Position numbers and translations under genes: made by a program. The notes under the pieces are model-generated. The model saw only the letters and a list, made by a program, of their open reading frames with translations. It made no database searches and was not told the origin of the DNA. A DNA stretch of 64,000 nucleotides from Stegostoma tigrinum (Eukaryota): positions 23,182,647 through 23,246,646 of the forward strand of contig NC_081387.1 of the NCBI RefSeq assembly GCF_030684315.1. The letters are read 5' to 3'. Shown here piece after piece: positions 59,393 through 64,000 of the stretch (its first letter is position 1; every line of letters starts with the position of its first letter).

Positions 59393-60205
59393 CCGGAGGT
59401 GATGCATTAATTTTAATAACATTAATGATTTTCGGTGAGTTACAGTTGAAAGAGCAACTTGCCCGCAGTGACACATTTGTTCGAAGGAGGGAGCAAAAGC
59501 CAAAGAGCGAATTCAGTGAAAACGAAAGTAAATGTTTTCAGGGAGGGGCTGTCGTTGTGAATGTCTCCATTTTTTACACATTTGTCCGAGAAAAGGCGGA
59601 AAATGTTCGATCAGATTGTGGGAAAGTAAGAGGTGAGTCTGAAATCCTCTTTAATTTCAGGAAGGGCTCATTCCCAGTGGGATCGGGTGGATTTTAGTCC
59701 CGCTGAAAGATCCCAATCAAATCCAAGGAGTTGAACGGGGAGCCGCTGGGGATTGTGCAGTGAAAAGGTGAAACCTTTCTCCAATGTCTCTGATCAGCTG
59801 CACAGAGCCTGGAGCTGGTTCCTGTCAGTATAAGGGAACAGGAGGGAGAGGCAATGTGTAACATTCACTTCTCAGGGTCAGACACAGCGACTGGAAAGGG
59901 AGACGGAAGTGAAAAGGAGGAACAGAGTGAGGGCCATGAGATGGAACATGACCCATTGGGGTTTCTGTTTAAAGGCAAATAATTCAATCCTGGAGACAGT
60001 TGTCACGCTTCATTTCCTGACATAAACTTTAATTGAAGAGTTTCCCTTGTGCTGAGTCCATTCTCCGATTCCATTCTTTCCCATTTCGGGTTTTCTGCCT
60101 CCACCATCGAGAGCAGTGAGTCCAGCTGCTTGGACCCTCAGGTCCGGAATTCTCTCCCTCCCTCAATCCGTCAATTCCTCTCCACTTTCCTCCGCCTCCC
60201 TTCGG
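59393..60205 (+). promoter_or_regulatory. Putative promoter/first-exon block of gene 2 (copy B): ISRE 59515-59529, donor at 59633, GGAAGTGAAA 59905-59914
   Basis: Near-identical to 15186-15990 (offset 44207); ~200 nt upstream of the leader-exon acceptor. Confidence 0.6.
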
Positions 60206-60409
60206 ATGAAAGGGATGAAATTTAAAATTTGATGTAATTTAAAGAAAAAATAATTACACCTTTAGGAATATCAAAGAATTGCGTTAATCTGGACAGTAGA
60301 ATATGTCCAGGAGGTTTGTGATACATGGCGTATTGAACAATGAAAGGTTTATACTCTGAAACAAAGATTGAAGGCACTGAATGACAGCTGTATTTTGTTT
60401 GTGTATCAG

Positions 60410-60497
60410 GCCTGGTTATTCTGCTGAGACCCCACAAAGATGGAAGGAGTTCACCTCATCCTGCTTTTGCTGTTTGGGATTCCATGCTCTGTGTATG
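60410..60497 (+). CDS. Signal-peptide exon of a second, probably paralogous BTN-like gene (ATG 60440; MEGVHLILLLLFGIPCSVY); rest of gene outside window
   Basis: ttttgtttgtgtatcag acceptor, AAAGATGG Kozak, hydrophobic leader, phase-1 ATG|gtaagg donor; similar to MQGRHLSIVLLLGF of gene 1; downstream of the same duplicated promoter block. Confidence 0.75.
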
Positions 60498-62116
60498 GTA
60501 AGGAATATATTAACATTTGATCATTTTTGATTGGATACAACACATCAACCAGGTATCAAATTGGAACAGTACGTTATTGAGTGAATATTTGAGACCTTAA
60601 CTGTTGCTTTGCTTTATTTGCTGTTTTAACACATGAGAGTTTGGCATTTCCTTGAAATGAACTCAACAGATGAACTGCAATTACAGTGTCTATTGTGTAA
60701 CGTATCAGATGTTGTAGGGACTGAATGCAACAGATACCTGGCTGACATCTCCTCTTGTGTGAGAGAGGCTGTTTAAGATTAAGGGCTCACCCTTTTAAGA
60801 TGGCAATGAGAATGTTTTTATTTCTTAGGGACAGTTTAGAGTGTGGAATTTCCTTGCCAGAAGGTTGTGGAAGCTGAGTCTTTAAGATAGTTGAGTTAGG
60901 TACAGTTTTTGACTGACAGGTGAGCGGAGGTAATGGCGCTGACAGGAAAGGCTGAACATGACACCACATCAGGTCAGCCATGTTTTTGTCAGGAAATATG
61001 GGCTGCTTGTTTTTAAAGCTACAGAAATCAACAAAACTGAGTGATATCTTCACCCAACGCAAACTTATTGGAAATGGGTATCAACAGGGATCTGACTGCC
61101 TTCATGTATTAGACCTATCATGGCCTTGGTGATATTCCTCCCTGACAGTATCCTCACCCTCAGAAACTGCTGCCGTTTTCCCAGCTGTTCAGTGTCCAGA
61201 ATATCCCACAGAGGGTATAGACACAACATGGATGACAGCTCAGTGATGATAGCCAGGACCTCCTCAGTCTCAGCCTGTACTTGGACTCTGACAGCTGTCG
61301 ATATTGATAGGGAGGAGGCTGATCATTTCACTTACATTCGTGCCCACCTCTCAGGGAAATTGGGGCTGTTCCCCTGGTGGCTCAGTGGTTGGAGGTTCCT
61401 GTTGCTGCTGGGTTTGGTGACACCTCATGTCACCTCATGATCAGCATCGCCTGGAGGAATCCATTCAGTGCTGGTTCCATCTCAGATGAGTCAGCAGAAA
61501 TTCTGTGGACTGTGTCAGAAGGCGCGCACAATGACAGCGACATGTTCCTGATCCAAAGAACAAAGAAAAGTACAGCGTAGGAACAAGCCCTTTGGCCCAT
61601 GAAGTCTGTGCCAACATCTGTACCTTCTCCAAAGCTTCCACATCCTGCTGGTAGTGCGGTGACCAGAACTGAATATAATATTCCACATGTGGCCTTACTA
61701 AAGCTCGACACAGCTGCACCCTGGCTGTATCCCTCACGCTGATTCACAATGAATTGACTTGTGAGTTTGTCACACAATGTGGCTGGACTCTTCACCTTTG
61801 CAAGGAAGCCGAGGTTATGGTTTGCTATGGTGTTCTGAACGATGTGAGCTAATGGAAATGTATGTTGTAGATCCTCAGATGCTAATGCTTCACTGGGTGA
61901 GTTAAGTTCAGACACGCATTGACCCTCAGAAATGCCAACTAAAAGGACAGTTACTCCTGAACATCATAGACCACGTTGATGCATACACAGACTTTGGTAT
62001 GAGAATGAGGCATCCTCTGCAAAGTTGATTACAGTGTAGTGTAGGCGAAGTGACACAAGAATGGCAAATTCAGTTGAGAATCTTAATGTGCGTCTCCATG
62101 GATTTGTGTATCTGAC

Positions 62117-62445
62117 ATAGAACATAGAACGTTACAGCACAGCACAGGCCCTTCAGCCCTCAATGTTGTGCCGACCTGCCATACCGATCTGAAGCCCATC
62201 TAACCTGCACTATTCCATGTACGTCCAAATGCTTATCCAATGACGACGTAAATGTACCTAAAGTTGGTGAATCTACTACTGTTGCAGGCAAAGCGTTCCA
62301 ATCCCTTACTACTCTCTGAGTAAAGAAACTACCTCTAACATCTGTCCTATATCTTTCACCCCTCAATTTAAAGCTATGCCCCCTCGTGTTCGCCGTAACC
62401 ATCCTAGGAAAAAGGCTCTCCCTCTCCACCCTATCTAACCCTCTG
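62117..62445 (-). mobile_element. Young CR1 3' end, same subfamily as 54206-55438
   Basis: RGLDRVERESLFPRMVTANTRGHSFKL...; catagaacatagaa tail. Confidence 0.9.
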
Positions 62446-63204
62446 GCGTATAACCATCTTAGTTTATACGGTTCATGACCACAATTATTCAATGTAGGCA
62501 ATCAATATTCTGTCAGAAATTTTCAGATGGTTTACTAAGTTTAAGAATGAGCAGTGTAGAAATGGTACATTAGTAAATAAGACAAAAAAACTGATTTGAA
62601 ACAAACTTTATCATGCAGCAACTGGTTAGGCTATAGAATGTACTGCCTTGAAATGTGGTGGAGGGATATTCAATTGAGATATTCAAGAGTATATTGGATA
62701 GTAATGGTACTCCGGCATATAGGGAAAAGGCAGGAGATTACACTGGTGTATTCCCTTGTGTCAGATACGGTGGACTGAATGGCTATCTTCTGTGCTGAAG
62801 GAATCTGTGACTGTGATTGGTGTGCTGTTGCTAGAAGTATTTTCTTTCTCCCCACTGGCTGCAACATGCATTTCTTGTTGTATATTTGAAAGAGGTTGAT
62901 TGGTTACAGATTACTTTGCAACAGATTCAGATATACTTGAATGTAACAAGAACATATCAATTAAACAAATCTGAACAGATCACAAATTTATTTCTGTGTG
63001 ATATGAAACAACATTATTTACTGTGTTCGTCATGTTACAATGGAGTCTGTGATGTTGGGGTGGGGAAAAGCTGTGTGAAGTGGGCAGAGACTGAGGAAGA
63101 GTTTTGTATTCACCTCTGGCTCCGTCAAAAGTGGACATTGGCAGGAATATGATCAGGTCTCTGACTGGGTCCACGTGGTCAGATCTAGTCTCCTTACCTT
63201 CACA

Positions 63205-63525
63205 GAATTATAGAATCCCTACAGTGTGAAAACAGGCCCTTCGGGCCAACAAGTCCACACCGAACCTCAGAGCATTCCACCCAAACCCATGCCTTTAGCT
63301 TACCTAATCTACACATCCCTGAACACTACAGGCAATTTAGTATGGCCAATTCTCCTAACCTGCACATCTTCGGACTGTGGGAGGAAACCGGAGCACCCGG
63401 AGGAAACCCACGCAGACGCAGGGAGAAAGTACAAATTCCACACAGACAGTTGCCTGAGGCTAGAATCGAACCTGGGTCCCCGGTGCTGTGAGGCAGCAGT
63501 GCTTATCACTGAGCCACAGAGCCAC
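63205..63525 (-). mobile_element. tRNA-derived SINE (HE1-like)
   Basis: Minus strand gtggctcagtgataagcactg...ggttcgattc; same family as 27900. Confidence 0.85.
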
Positions 63526-64000
63526 TCACTTCTAATTTTGTTTTTTATTTAATTGTGTGAGGCCATGTGCTCGGTACGCAGCTTTATTAGATGCAAGCGC
63601 AGGCCACAATCAGAGTATTGACGATATGACCTTAAGGAAAGATATTTGCAGAGAGGGAGTGCAACAAAGTTTCAGCAAAAAATATTCCTGTAATGCAAGG
63701 ATTGTCCTATGAGCAAAGATCATTGGCCTGTATTTCCTGGAGTGAACTTATTCAAACATGAACAATTCCAATGTGGATTGACAAGGAAGGATGAAGCAAT
63801 GTTCCTCCTGCTAGGGGTCTCGAACCAGGTGACACAGTCTCAGACATTTTCTTTAGTTAGGAAGGAGACATGGGCATCACTGGCTGAGCCAGCATTTACT
63901 GTCTGCTCCTAGTTGCCCCCTTTAGTAGGTGATGGTGGTGAGCAACCTTCTTGGACTGCTGCAGTGTATGGGCGGTCAGTAGATCCACAATGCTGTTAGA

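Noticed and set aside
61100-61560. Possible Harbinger transposase remnants (also ~31610-31910)
   Set aside because: Too decayed to support by eye; needs a RepeatMasker or tBLASTn search

Overview
Eukaryotic, repeat-rich (CR1/L2 LINEs, tRNA-headed SINEs, Penelope, Gypsy) vertebrate genomic DNA with two assembly gaps. The repeat families and the B30.2 sequence style suggest a cartilaginous fish (shark); this is an inference. The window holds one complete, apparently intact butyrophilin-family gene on the + strand. I reconstruct it from 7 coding exons, all joined in phase 1: signal peptide 22249-22336, IgV 25453-25800, IgC 33672-33950, TM 34500-34619, two 27-nt juxtamembrane micro-exons 38667-38693 and 42915-42941, and B30.2/PRY-SPRY 50130-50659, about 472 aa in total. 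The signal-peptide exon of a probable tandem paralog follows at 60410-60497. Both genes sit downstream of a duplicated upstream block whose ~600-bp core carries ISRE and ETS-IRF motifs and is almost identical between copies while the flanks are diverged. A third, splice-donor-dead copy of part of this block lies just after gene 1, next to a divergent pair of CTCF-like motifs. Other notable structure includes several inverted Penelope insertions with target-site duplications and hammerhead-ribozyme motifs, a full-length decayed Gypsy element with LTRs and TSD, a locally templated inverted copy of part of that Gypsy, and an inverted pair of young CR1 tails flanking a candidate 5'UTR exon. Most ORFs in the supplied track are spurious or TE-derived.
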